Below are positions 14,501-27,000 of a DNA stretch of 64,000 bases, piece by piece (within the stretch, counting starts at the first letter, position 1; each line of letters starts with the position of its first letter). Source of the stretch: Eledone cirrhosa (Eukaryota); the NCBI GenBank assembly GCA_964016885.1, contig OZ024762.1:10850001-10914000 (forward strand), given 5' to 3'. The notes under the pieces are model-generated. The model did no database searches. It had not been told where the DNA came from and worked only from the letters and a program-made list of their open reading frames with translations. Made by a program: the position numbers and the translations under genes.

Positions 14501-17500
14501 TCTAGGCCAAGAGCCGAACACCCTAACCTCTAGCCAAACACCCTAACCTCTAGCCAAGAGCCAAACACCCTAACCTCTAGCCAAGAGCCAAACACCCTAA
14601 CCTCTAGGCCAAGAGCCGAACACCCTAACCTCTAGGCCAAGAGCCAAACACCCTAACCTCTAGCCAAGAGCCAAACACCCTAACCTCTAGGCCAAGAGCC
14701 GAACACCCTAACCTCTAGGCCAAGAGCCAAACACCCTAACCTCTAGCCAAGAGCCGAACACCCTAACCTCTAGCCAAGAGCCGAACACCCTAACCTCTAG
14801 TAAAGAGTCGAACACCCTAACCTCTAGCCAAGAGCCGAACACCCTAACCTCTAGCCAAGAGTCAAACACCCTAACCTCTAGGCCAAGAGCCTTGGCAAGA
14901 GAAAGCATACAAAGAAATGTCAATAAAATTTCTTACCCCGTGGATTCTGACAGATGGAGCAGATGTACTTCTTGGGTAAAGTAGCTTCATCTAAATTCAT
15001 ACAGAAAGCATGTTGCCAACACATACAAACTTCACACTGCAACAGATAGAGACAAATAAAATAATACTTGTTAGTTTTACATCTATTTTCCACCCTGTAA
15101 GTTAGGTTGTACAGGGTGCTTTTATCATAGTACCAGCACTACCACTTTATAGAGTAGGCTGGGTGTATTTTATTGTGGTACCAGCACTACCACTTTATAG
15201 AGTAGGCTGGGTGTATTTTATTGTGGTACCAGCACTACCACTTTATAGAGTAGGCTGGGTGTATTTTATTGTGGTACCAGCACTACCACTTTATAGAGTA
15301 GGCTGGGTGTATTTTATTGACACCAACAATAATTGTTTCTACTTTAGGTACAAGGCCTGCAATTTGAAGGGGAAGGGAGAGTTGATTAAATCGAACCCAG
15401 TACATTACTGGTACTTTATTTTATCCTCAGAAGGATGAAAGGCCAAGTTGACCGTGGTAGGAATTTGAACTCAGAATGTAGAGCTGGCATCACATGAATA
15501 TCATAACAGAGAAGGGATGGGCATGGTTAACTCACCTGGATCATAAGTCCCTTTTCTTCTACTTGGTTACAAACACAATGAATCACTTCGCTGCTTGTGT
15601 CTTCCTCTTCATACTCAGTAAAATCTTCTACTACAGATTCCATCACTGGAGGCCTTTCAATATCTGTAAATAAGAACAGGTTTTATCAATAACCACATTG
15701 ATAAAACAGGGAGCCCATTTCATTAAAACACCCCAGAAGCCTATTATGAGATACAACCTAGTAGGATGCCAAGTAAATCTTGTTAGATGTAAGCTGTAAC
15801 AACATGATAGGACTGGGAGCCCCTATTATTAAAAACACCCAATAAACCTCTTACAAGACACAACCTCATGGGATGCCAGCTAAACCTGCATAGGCGAGAG
15901 CTCTAACAAGACTGGGGGGCCCTATAATTAAAATACTCCAGAAACCTATGAGATGCAACTTTGTAATAGGCTAACAAAACCTACATATGTATAAGCTGTA
16001 ACAACTTGAGAGGACTGGAGCTCCAACCATCAAAACTTGCCATGAGATACAAGCTCACAGGAGTTCAACTAAACCTGTATAGGCATGAGCAATAGTATCT
16101 ACACCACTACAATTATTAACATAAGCTTGTCCTAATCAATTTAGTTACAAACAATTACACAAAACTATACTTCTCCTCATTTACATTATTCTATATATAC
16201 TATTGTATTTTCATGGTAAAGCCTTTACCCCACATAATATTGAAGCTATGGGATTTTGATGTTATTTATTTTGAGAACAATACCTTAATGTAGTGGCTGG
16301 TCAAAGCTAGTTTGAACAGAAAGAGGTGAGAGAGTTCTGGCCAGATATGGCCAGTTTAAATGCTAAAGGATTAATCTTTTCCAGACCATAATTCTAAAGA
16401 AATACACTATTTCAATTAATTAATGACTCTTATATAAAATTATATTGGAAGATTTTAATTTAAAATGGGAAGTTTGGATTCATAGAGCAGAGCTGGTTTT
16501 GGCCATGTTGGTATCAAAAGAGTTAAAGGAGCCCTCAAAAATGTGCAACTTGGTTTTATTGTACTGTGGCCAGTTTTGGCCAGGTTGGTATCAAAAGGGT
16601 TAATGCTTTATAACTTACTTTTACTTCTTCTCTTGGTGCCATGTTTCCTCTCTTTGACAGCAGTGGGTGGGGATATGATTTCACTTCCAGCTGAAACAGT
16701 AAAAACCAGGGTGGAGTGAGACTGAGAGAAGAGGAAGAATCTAAACAAATTCATCTATGACAATTCTATCGATAAAACTTGTCTCTAATAATTCATATAT
16801 AAAAAAGATTATATACCCTAACCTTAACATAGATAATAGATAATTATAGCAGAATACTAGTTCCAATCTTTTTAAATACCAAGGTCAATTTCTTTTAAAA
16901 GAATTTTTCCAGAAGGGATTTGCTAAATTATTAATTATTTCATTACGAAGATAAATTAACATATGGTTCCTATATAAAATCATGTTGGAAAATTCAAATT
17001 TACACAGAACCACTTTAACATGGGTGGTTTTGTTTCATAGAATCAGCGTCAGTCATGGTTGAATTGGTATTAAAAGAGTTAAATTGGACCCTTTTTAAAA
17101 TGGGCTGTTTTGTTTCATAGAACCAGAGCCAGTTAGGCAGGGCTGGAATCAAAAGGGTTGAATAGGATCCCTTTTAAAATAGGCAGTTCTGTTTCATAGA
17201 ACCAGAGCCTGTTTCTGCCGGGTTGCTATCAAAAGGGTTTATGGAGGAACCTCTTTAAAATGGATGGCTTTGTTTCATAGGATCAACTAAGTAGCAAAAA
17301 AGTCATGGAGAAAATCTTGGCCATTGTGGAAGAAGCGGGAAGAGAGAAGGGGTTGTCAAAAACAAAACAAAACTGTCCACACCAACAAGGGGGTTTACAC
17401 AAGAAATATATAAATAAGTAATTAAATATAACAAAATCTGTAGCACATATTATAAAAGTGAATTTTTGAAGTGAGGTGTGGTGATTTACCATCTAATGGA

Positions 17501-20500
17501 TGTAAAGGTTTGATGTCATCCTGAGAGAGAGAGGAACTATCCAGGGCTGAGAAACCATTCAGAGTTCTGTGGCGCGAGGAGGATGCCAAATGAGAAGATG
17601 TATACCTCCGCTTTGGAGGCACAGCTTCACACTTGGACTTTTGTGGATGATCAGTACTGGTGGTGGTACCTAGATGGTGGCAGATATTGGGAAGAGAGAG
17701 AAAACAATAGAGAGAGACAGAGAGAAAGGAGAGAAGTAAAGAAAATATAAAGACAGAAAGGACAAAGGTAGAGAAAATGTAGAGAGAGAGAGAGAGAGAG
17801 AGATACAATAATCAAGAGTGAAGTTAAATCTACAATTCAGGGGCCCCTGAAGATCAAGTCATGTTGGTTGCCTTCTGTATGAACTAAGAAGTACAACTGG
17901 TCTATCTGCTATGTTAACCTTTTACATATCAACCTGGTCAAAACAAGTTCTGTTCTGTAAAACGAGACACCCAGAGACAGTCTCAGGTGGGCTATCAAAA
18001 AAGGTTAACCTTTTCATTACCATATTTCTAATAAAAGACACTGTCTATGTCATTAACCCTTTCATTACCATATTTCTAATGAAAGACACTGTCTATGTCA
18101 TTAACCCTTTCATTACCATATTTCTAATGAAAGACACTGTCTATGTCATTAACCCTTTCATTACCATATTTCTAATGAAAGACACTGTCTATGTCATTAA
18201 CCCTTCCATTACCATATTTCTAATGAAAGACACTGTCTATGTCATTAACCCTTTCATTACCATATTTCTAATGAAAGACACTATTTCAATAATCCATGAT
18301 GAATTTTGAGGGATTTACTACAATTATTATTTCATTACTAAGATAGTACAATTATTATTTCATTACTAAGATAGTAATTTAAAAGTTGGTATCAAAAGGG
18401 TTAAATAGAAACCCCTTAAAATGGGTGGCTTGGTTGGCTTCATAGAACCAGAGCCAGTTTTGACCATATTGGTATTAAAAAGGTTAAATAGAAACTCCCC
18501 TTAAAATGGGTGGTTTTGTTTTATAGAACCAGGGCCATTTTTGGCTGGGTTGATATCAAAAGGGTTAAATGGAAACCCTTTAAAATAGGTAGCTTTGTTT
18601 CATAGAACCAGAGCCAATTTTGATTGGAAAGGGACCCTGTTGTAAATAACTTGCCAAACAAAGTGTCGGGAGGGTTTTTCAGCTGTGTCAAAGGCATAAC
18701 TAATTCCCTAGGGTTGCTTCTTGTGGGAACTTATATAAGTGAGAGGTAGACCCCCACCCCCGCCCAACCTGTCTGAGCATGAGAATATATGTCAGATGCA
18801 GGTCCCTAGCCCATCGTAGAGGTCAATGAAAACCCAGCCAACCCTTGCTAGCAGGGAAGACAGATGTTAAATGATGATCATGAAGATGAATCAAAAATGA
18901 AAGTTGGCCATACCTGAAGTTTTGTGACGTTTCGATGTCACCGTCACAGGGGGACTCAACATAGCCTTGTTGTCCTCCATGTGATAATATTTGATGTGGT
19001 ACTGCAGTCTGTGATCCTTGCGGAAGCTTTTGTTGCAGTTCTCAAACATACATTTGTATGGGTTGTGATCATACTGGATAGTAAACTCCTGGCTGGCTAC
19101 TACAACAACAACAACAACAACAAATATTGAGATCATATGGAATAGTAAACAACTAGGCTGGCTACTGTAACAACAATATTGCAATAGAAATAATAATTGT
19201 TTCTACTTTTGGCACAAGGCCAGCAATTATCCCCAGAGCATTACTGGTACTTTATTTTATCGACCCCGTAAGGATGAAAGGCAAAGTTAACCTCGGTGGG
19301 ATTTGAACTCAGACCGTAAAGGGACGTAACTATGCTGGAAAGCATGGTGTCCGACCCTCTACCGATACTGCCAACTCACTGCCTTAATAATGGTTTCTGA
19401 TTTAGGTACAAGGCCAACAACTTGAGGCAAGGGGAAAATTAATTAAATCGCCCCCAGTGCATTACTAGTACTTTTATTTTATCAACAGTTAGGGACCCAC
19501 ACTAGCATGCAATCATTAGTTCTCTCTATTCTGTATTTCCCATCACCATTACCTTTTTTTATGTCAACTTTTCCAAGTTATCATGGGTGGGGCCGGACTT
19601 TTTGAGGCAATATTTTCCAGCTGGAGGCTCTTCCTGGCACCGACCCTCTTAGCCACTTTTTACATGCAGGGATACAGTGTACCTAATCTAAACTAGATAC
19701 ACATGTAGGTTGTGATTTGAGGGATCTTTCTTTTATTTCTAGCTAAGGCCGGGGACCAGAGAGAAGCTTCCCCAGCCAGTAGGCAGAAGTAGTTGTAAAA
19801 TATAGCTCTGCTAACCTTTCCCAGTGAGTTTCATCTTCTTGCGAGGGAGAGCTTCCTCTCCAGGGGGTAGGGGTTCTTTCTTCACCACAAACTCAGGAAC
19901 TTCAGAAGATTTTGACAAACCTCGTTTTCTGGAGGCCCTGTGAGAACCTGAGGACAAAAAGAGAAAAAAAAAAAAAAGAGCAATGAATATACTAGGTGGG
20001 GGTGATGAGGGAGACACAGGGAGCGGGAACTGAACTACAGAGACTGACAGACAGAAAGAAAGCTACTCATACACACACACATTAACCTTTTAACATTTAC
20101 ATTACTCTATATATACTATTGTATTTTCACAGTAAAGACTTTACCTCACATAATATCTCACATAACATTCACATTACTCTATATATACTATTGTATTTTC
20201 ACAGTAAAGGCTTTAACTCACATAATATCTCACATAACATTCACATTACTCTATATATACTATTGTATTTTCACAGTAAAGGCTTTACCTCACATAATAT
20301 TGAATCTATGAGATTTTGATATTATTGATTTTGAGAATAATACCTTAACATCGGTATTAGTGGCCAGTTACAGCCAGTTTGATAAAGCCAGTTTAAATTA
20401 TAAAGGTTTAAATAAGGATGATGATACGTGGGTAAGAAGTAGCAAGAAATCCAAATGGAGAGAAGCTGCAGTAGAGGAAGACCAAGCTAATCTTAAATTG

Positions 20501-23500
20501 CTGAAACTCAGAGAAGAGCTGACAAAGGAATGCAACAGGTGGAAGAACTTAAGAGTGGAACATTGTTGTTTTCATGTCCACTTTCCCTTCTAGCAAGGGT
20601 TGGACGGGTCCTTACAGACAAAGTCAATAACTGAAGTGGAGCCACTGATCTCCGAGGAAGGCCAGGCATCAGTGTCTTGCTTATGGATGGTGTTACGTTC
20701 CGTCGAGTGCTTAGGAATGGTTGTCGTGCCTTTGACACAACTGAGGGACCTCCTTTGTCTGGCAAGATTTCTACAGCTGGGTGCTCTTGCTATCACCAAC
20801 CACATTACAGAGCGTGCTGGGGGCATTTGTGTAAATCACCAACACTAGGAGATAGAGAGAGGGATTGAGGGAGATAGAGAAGGAAAGAGATTGAAGGAGG
20901 AGAGAGAGAGAGAGAAAGAGATTGAAGAAGAGAGAGAGAGAAAGAGATTGAAGGAGAAGAGAGAAAGAGAGAGAGAAGGAGATTGAAGGAGAAGAGAGAA
21001 AGAGAGAGAGAAGGAGATTGAAGGAGAAGAGAGAAAGAGAGAGAGAAGGAGATTGAAGGAGAAGAGAGAAAGAGATTGAAGGAGAAGAGAGAAAGAGATT
21101 GAAGAAGAGAGAGAGAAAGAGATTGAAGAAGAGAGAGAGAAAGAGATTGAAGGAGAAGAGAGAAAGAGATTGAAGAAGAGAGAGAGAGAGAAAGAGATTG
21201 AAGGAGAAGAGAGAAAGAGATTGAAGGAGAAGAGAGAAAGAGATTGAAGAAGAGAGAAAGAGATTGAAGAAGAGAGAGAGAGAGAAAGAGATTGAAGGAG
21301 AAGAGAGAAAGAGATTGAAGGAGAAGAGAGAAAGAGATTGAAGAAGAAGAGAGAAAGAGATTGAAGGAGAAGAGAGAGAGAAAGAGATAACAATAAGAAT
21401 AATCACCTTTAAGAGCCTTACCCGGTCGGGTCCGCACCTTTCTCCCTAAGGCAGGCTTCGTTGAAGAAGGGGACACCACTGGACCTCCGAAGACAGTTGT
21501 GGTTGACGTCAACATATTGACGTAGGCAGTGGATGGCGTAACTGTGCTTGAGAGTGGTGCCATACCTGGACGTGAGTTCGGAAGAAATCCAATGGTGAGA
21601 GCCTTCTCCAGTTCCTTCATCTCACCCACGGGGCGTTCACTTTTCACTTGGCCCAGCAGCCCACCGGCCACTGACATCTCTGTCTTTGGTTCCTTCAAGA
21701 ACCTAACAGATTGGGGAACAGAAGTCTGCAGGGGTTTGCGGTCTCCAGGTAACCTTTTATCGGGTTTCCTCTCTCCAAAAGTCCGTTTGTCTTCAAGAAC
21801 CTTCGTCTCCCGGAATGCTGTTCTTTTATCGATGCCAGCTTTCTTCTCAGAAATGAGTCTCTTCTCCATTTTCTTCTCAGAGGCCAACATCCTCTTTTCA
21901 ACTGTTTTTTCATCTTTGTCGACCTAACAGACAAAAGTAATAAATATACAAACATTAGACAACATCAACAACAACAACTTCTGTTGTTTTAGTAAAAAGG
22001 GTAAAGTCCCCCGTCGGTCACAAATGACCATGGGATTTGTACCTAGAAAGTTCCCCTCCGAGGCACAAGTCCAGGCAAGATGTGTTTGTGGAAGACCAGC
22101 AGTCACCCATGCATACCGGTCTCCTCTCTCCATACCACCGATGTTGTCCAAGGGAAAGGCAATGGCTGATACAGTTTGACACCAGTGATGTCACAACTCA
22201 TATACACACTAGGTACAGTATATGTATACACTATATATGATGTCCAAGGGAAAGGCAATGGCTGATACAGTTTGACACCAGTGATGTCACAACTCATATA
22301 CACACTAGGTACAGTATATGTATACACTATATATGATGTCCAAGGGAAAGGCAATGGCTGATACAGTTTGGCACCAGTGATGTCACAACTCATTTCTACA
22401 GCTGAGTGAATTGGAGCAACGTGTAATAAAGTGTCTTCTTCAAGAACACAACGCAAAGACCAGTCTGAGAATCGAACAGATAATCTCACAATTGTAAGCC
22501 TGACACTCTAACCACTCGGCCATGCACCTTCACGACTGGTTTAATAACAACTGGTTAACACTGTGTAATAAGTATGGAAAATGAACGTTAAGTGATGGGG
22601 ATGATAAGTGGAGTAGAAATCTGACTCCTTTACAACTCCAAGCCAAATACCCTAACCACTAAGCCACACACCTCCACTACAGCGTATACATAAAACTGTT
22701 GAAATTACTAACCTTGTCGATGGGTTCAGTTTTCAGCATGGAAGGTTTCGTCTTGGCCGTTACTTTCTTCGCAGGCCCAGGAGGGGACTTCCGGGTGGCA
22801 TCTCTTTTGGCAAGAAACGCTCCAGCAACAATTAGTTTCTGTCGACGCTTGTTAGGAAATAAGTTTGGCTTCTTTTCTTTTGGTTTCGGTGCTGCTTCTG
22901 GTGTGGGATCTCTCTTCTTTTCCTTCTCTTCTTCAATAGACAGATTGTATATTAGCGTGGAAGATGGACATTAAACGATCATGATATATATATATATATA
23001 TATGTATATGTGTGTATATATATACATATATAGTTGAAAATAAACAAACAAAACACAGGAGCCAATTTTACGCATCAACATTTCAGACAGAAGTCCTTCA
23101 TCAGGAAAGTTCGGATAAGGGGTGAACAGAAACTCCAAGGAGTCGTAAGGGAGGTTAAGGAAGGAGATTTTAAAAAAAATATATATATATATGGTCATAT
23201 TTGGAAGTATGGCCATTTAAATATAACAATCTATATGTGAGTAATGTTTTATTTACACCTAATTTGTAGTTAAATCTACATATTTTTTGCCATATATGTA
23301 TATATGTATTAAATGCTAGTAGGTTTCTCAATATGTTACATTATTGATGCTCCGAACAAAATTTTATTGAGCCTTCTACTAAGAAACATTATCGATAGAT
23401 ATTTTATATGTGCTGAAACTCATGGAAGAGATGACGAAGGACCGTGACAAGTGGAGAGATGCTGTGCTGAATAGGACCCGTCCAACCCTTGCAAGCAGGG

Positions 23501-24008
23501 AAAAGCGAACGTAAAATGATGATGATGATTAAACCCAAAGTTATATATATATATATATATATATATATAATCATCATCGTCCAACCCATGCTAGCATGGG
23601 TTGGACGGCTTGGTCTCATTTGATGCAAGATTGGTCAGGCGCCTGTATCTCACTTGTCCAGAACTGTTTCTGGCAGGTTTCCTACGGCTGGATGCCCTTC
23701 CAAACGGCAACCACATTTACAGTGGACTGGGTCCTTTTTACCGTGTCTTCTACATGACCACTTTACAGTGTGAACTGGGTGCTTTTTGCCATATGACCTA
23801 CACGACCACTTTATATAAATAAAGAGTGCTATAAAATAACTTAAGACCCTTAAAAGATGGGAAAAAGAAGTTGTCATCGGATGCTACAATGTAGTTTGCA
23901 TGAAGCTTTAAGAGATATGTAATAAATGGTATATGTATGTGAAAAGTAAACAGTAAACAACACAGCAATTGCTACAGTACAATGAAAATTACATTAGTTT
24001 AACCCAGG

Positions 24009-24091
<83 letters not shown>

Positions 24092-27000
24092 GCACATGGC
24101 TTAGTGGTTAGAGCATTGGCCTTGCAATCGAAAAGTTGTGAGTTCAATTCTCAGACCAGGTGATGTGTTGTTTCCTTAAGCAAGACACTTTATTTCACAT
24201 TGCCCCAGTTTACTCAGCTGTAGAAATGAGATGATAGGGACTGGGGTCTTTATCATTCCACTGCAAAGTGGTCATGGAGGTGCCATGGCAAAAAAGCACC
24301 CAGCACTCACTGTAAATGAGGTTGGTGTTAGGAAGGGCATCCAGCTGTAGAAATCATGCCAGAATCAGTTCCCGTCCTACCCTTGCAAGCAGGGAAAAGC
24401 GGACGTAAAATGAAATGATGATGATGATATATATAGTCCCCCTCCCCAGAGCTGAGAGGGTTCTACAGTTGAGTTTATGACCAACAACTTCTCTAGTGAT
24501 GGTGCCACAAAAATGTACCTGGTACAAAGAGGTGAGAGAATTCTGGCCAGTAACGTTAGGTTTAAACATCTATATACATACCAATGACATTGACTTGCAG
24601 TTTCACTGGCTTTGCAAGCTCATCAGTCAGTTCATTCATTTTGGGCAGTTCACTGGTGTTGACAGGCTCTATCTTAGGGGCAGCTTCTGGTGAATTAGGG
24701 GCTGTGAAGCGGAAAAAATTAGGGAACAGTTGAAAAGAAATATCAGCCCTTCTAAGAGGAAAATAGCAATGTGTAACATGTTAGAGACCAACCACAGTAA
24801 TAGAGTTCATATATAATATCACTGTTTATGATTTTCAAATAATCAAGTATTTCTAAGGATTTATTAATGTAGCTTTCTCATTAAACTAGTGTTTGTAACA
24901 TAACTTAAATGTTCATACATAAAATTATGATGGAAGGTTTTTAGACAAATATAAACACTTTAACCCTTTTGTTACCATATTTCTAATGAAATATACTGCC
25001 CACAGTTCTCAAGCAGTTTTGAAAATAATAAAAAATTTCTAGGGTTTTATTAATATAACTAATTTTCTCTCTAGTCTTTAGAGCATAACTTAAAAGTCCT
25101 AGCATAAAATTATGAGGAAAAGTTTTTATAAGACTTTAACCCTTTCGTGACCAATCTGGCCAAAACCACCCAAAGGTTTCCAATTTAAATTAAAATCTTC
25201 CAACATAATTTTATATAAGAACCTTACATTAAGTTACTATTTTAGTAATGAAATAATTAATAATTTTAGTAAACCCCTTAAAATTCTTCATTAATTAATT
25301 AAAATAGAGTGTATTTCATTAGAAATGTGGTGATGAAAGGGTTAAAACAGTTTTGTATTGTAGAACCAAAGCCGGTTTCAGGCAGGTCGGTATTTGTTAG
25401 AAATATAATTAAAAAAAGGGTTAAAATTAAGATTTAAAACAAAAATAAAAAAAATTACTTTTTATTCTATCAATAGGTTCATCAATGACTGTAGTATCAC
25501 TGGAACCAGGAGTAGACGGTGTAGTTGTTGACTCAGGTGGTTCGTCAAGTATTGTTGTGTCAGCTGAACTAGGTGTAGATGGGGTAGTTGTTGACTGAGT
25601 AGGTTCGTCAACTACTGTTGTGTCAGCTGAGACAGGTGTAGATGGCGTAGTTGTTGACTCAGCCGGAACAGAATTCTCTTTCTTCACACAATCTGAAGAT
25701 TTCAACTCTGGAAAGACAAGAAAATTCACATCAACTTAGTTGTAATGGTCAGTTCTCACTGGACACAGCTATGATTAAACCTTTAGCATTTAAACCAGCC
25801 ATATCTGGCCAGTATATATAGAGTAATGTCAATGCTAAAGGGTTAAAGGTCTTTCATCCACGACCATCCATTTTCTTTTAAAGAAATTGCACCCTGTACA
25901 CACTGTAAAGTGGTTGGTGATAAGAAGAGCATTTGGCTATAGAAAGCGAACGGTTGGAAGGACTCTTCAGTTATGTCAAGGACACGACAAACTCCCTAGT
26001 GTTGGTGCCATGATAAAATATACCTAGTACTCTGTAAAGTAGCTGGTGATAGGAAGGACATCCAACTGTAGAAACCTGCAAGATATGGCAGACAGCACAT
26101 CTGGGGGAACAGTAACTGATGAAATACTAACGTGGTGTGACAACCTATCCAACACTTGCATGGAAAAATGGACACATGATGATGATGGTCTTTTATATAC
26201 ACCAAGTCTGAACACAAAGGAACCAAACTTCCACTGTCACTGCCTCCATCTCTCCCCATCTCTCACTCATGAGAGCAAATGGTGGTGATGATAATAAGAA
26301 GGGCAACCCTCCATAAATACCCTACCAAAAGATAGAATTTATGAGCAACAGATGGTTCTCCAACCCATCTAAGAGTGCTGTAACTCAGAATAAAGACTGA
26401 TTAGGACCATAAGAACCCATCAACCCATGCCAACATAAAAAACAGACATGAAACAATGATGATGATATATTGTTTTTGTTTTGTCTTATTTTACCTGTAG
26501 AATCCTTAACTAGAGCTGTTTTGGTTTTCTTGGGCTGTTTGTTGGCTGAGGAGGTTAATGAGGTTGAGGAGGTTGAGGTATTGTCATTATCAGAAGCAGA
26601 TGTTCGAGGACTAATGGGTTTCTCCTCACTTGCCACTTTCTTGTCATCACTTTTATTGTTGCTCTTCTGATTGTTTTTCTTCTCGTCGTCGTCTTCGTCG
26701 CTGGTGCTCTGTGAATCGGCCTCGCTTGGCACTGCAACAGGTATCGGATCCATTCTCTGAAAAACATGTAATAGGGAGTTGTCATCACATCACAGTATTG
26801 TGGCCATGATTCAGCTCATCCCTACCTTATGTTGACTGGGTGGCTCAGCCCTGCCTTACAAGGGTATCTATACCCAAGATGTTACGTTAAAAGTGGTGTT
26901 AAGATCACACAGTATTTTGGCCATGTTTTAGTTCAGCATTGTCTTAAAATGGGTCTTGTCCCCACTTTGCAGTATTTTGCCATGTTATAGCTCAGCACTG

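Noticed and set aside
14345-14890. CCCTAA motifs suggesting interstitial telomere
   Set aside because: One hexamer per 27/28-bp unit, inherited from the SINE tRNA head (GGTTAGGG).
23070-23110. Minus-strand CUGAUGA-A-GGAC(uucu)GUCU-GAAA, considered as hammerhead, C/D snoRNA or 24-nt microexon
   Set aside because: Stem I does not pair, the boxes are too close for a snoRNA, and the splice signals are weak. At most a dead hammerhead.
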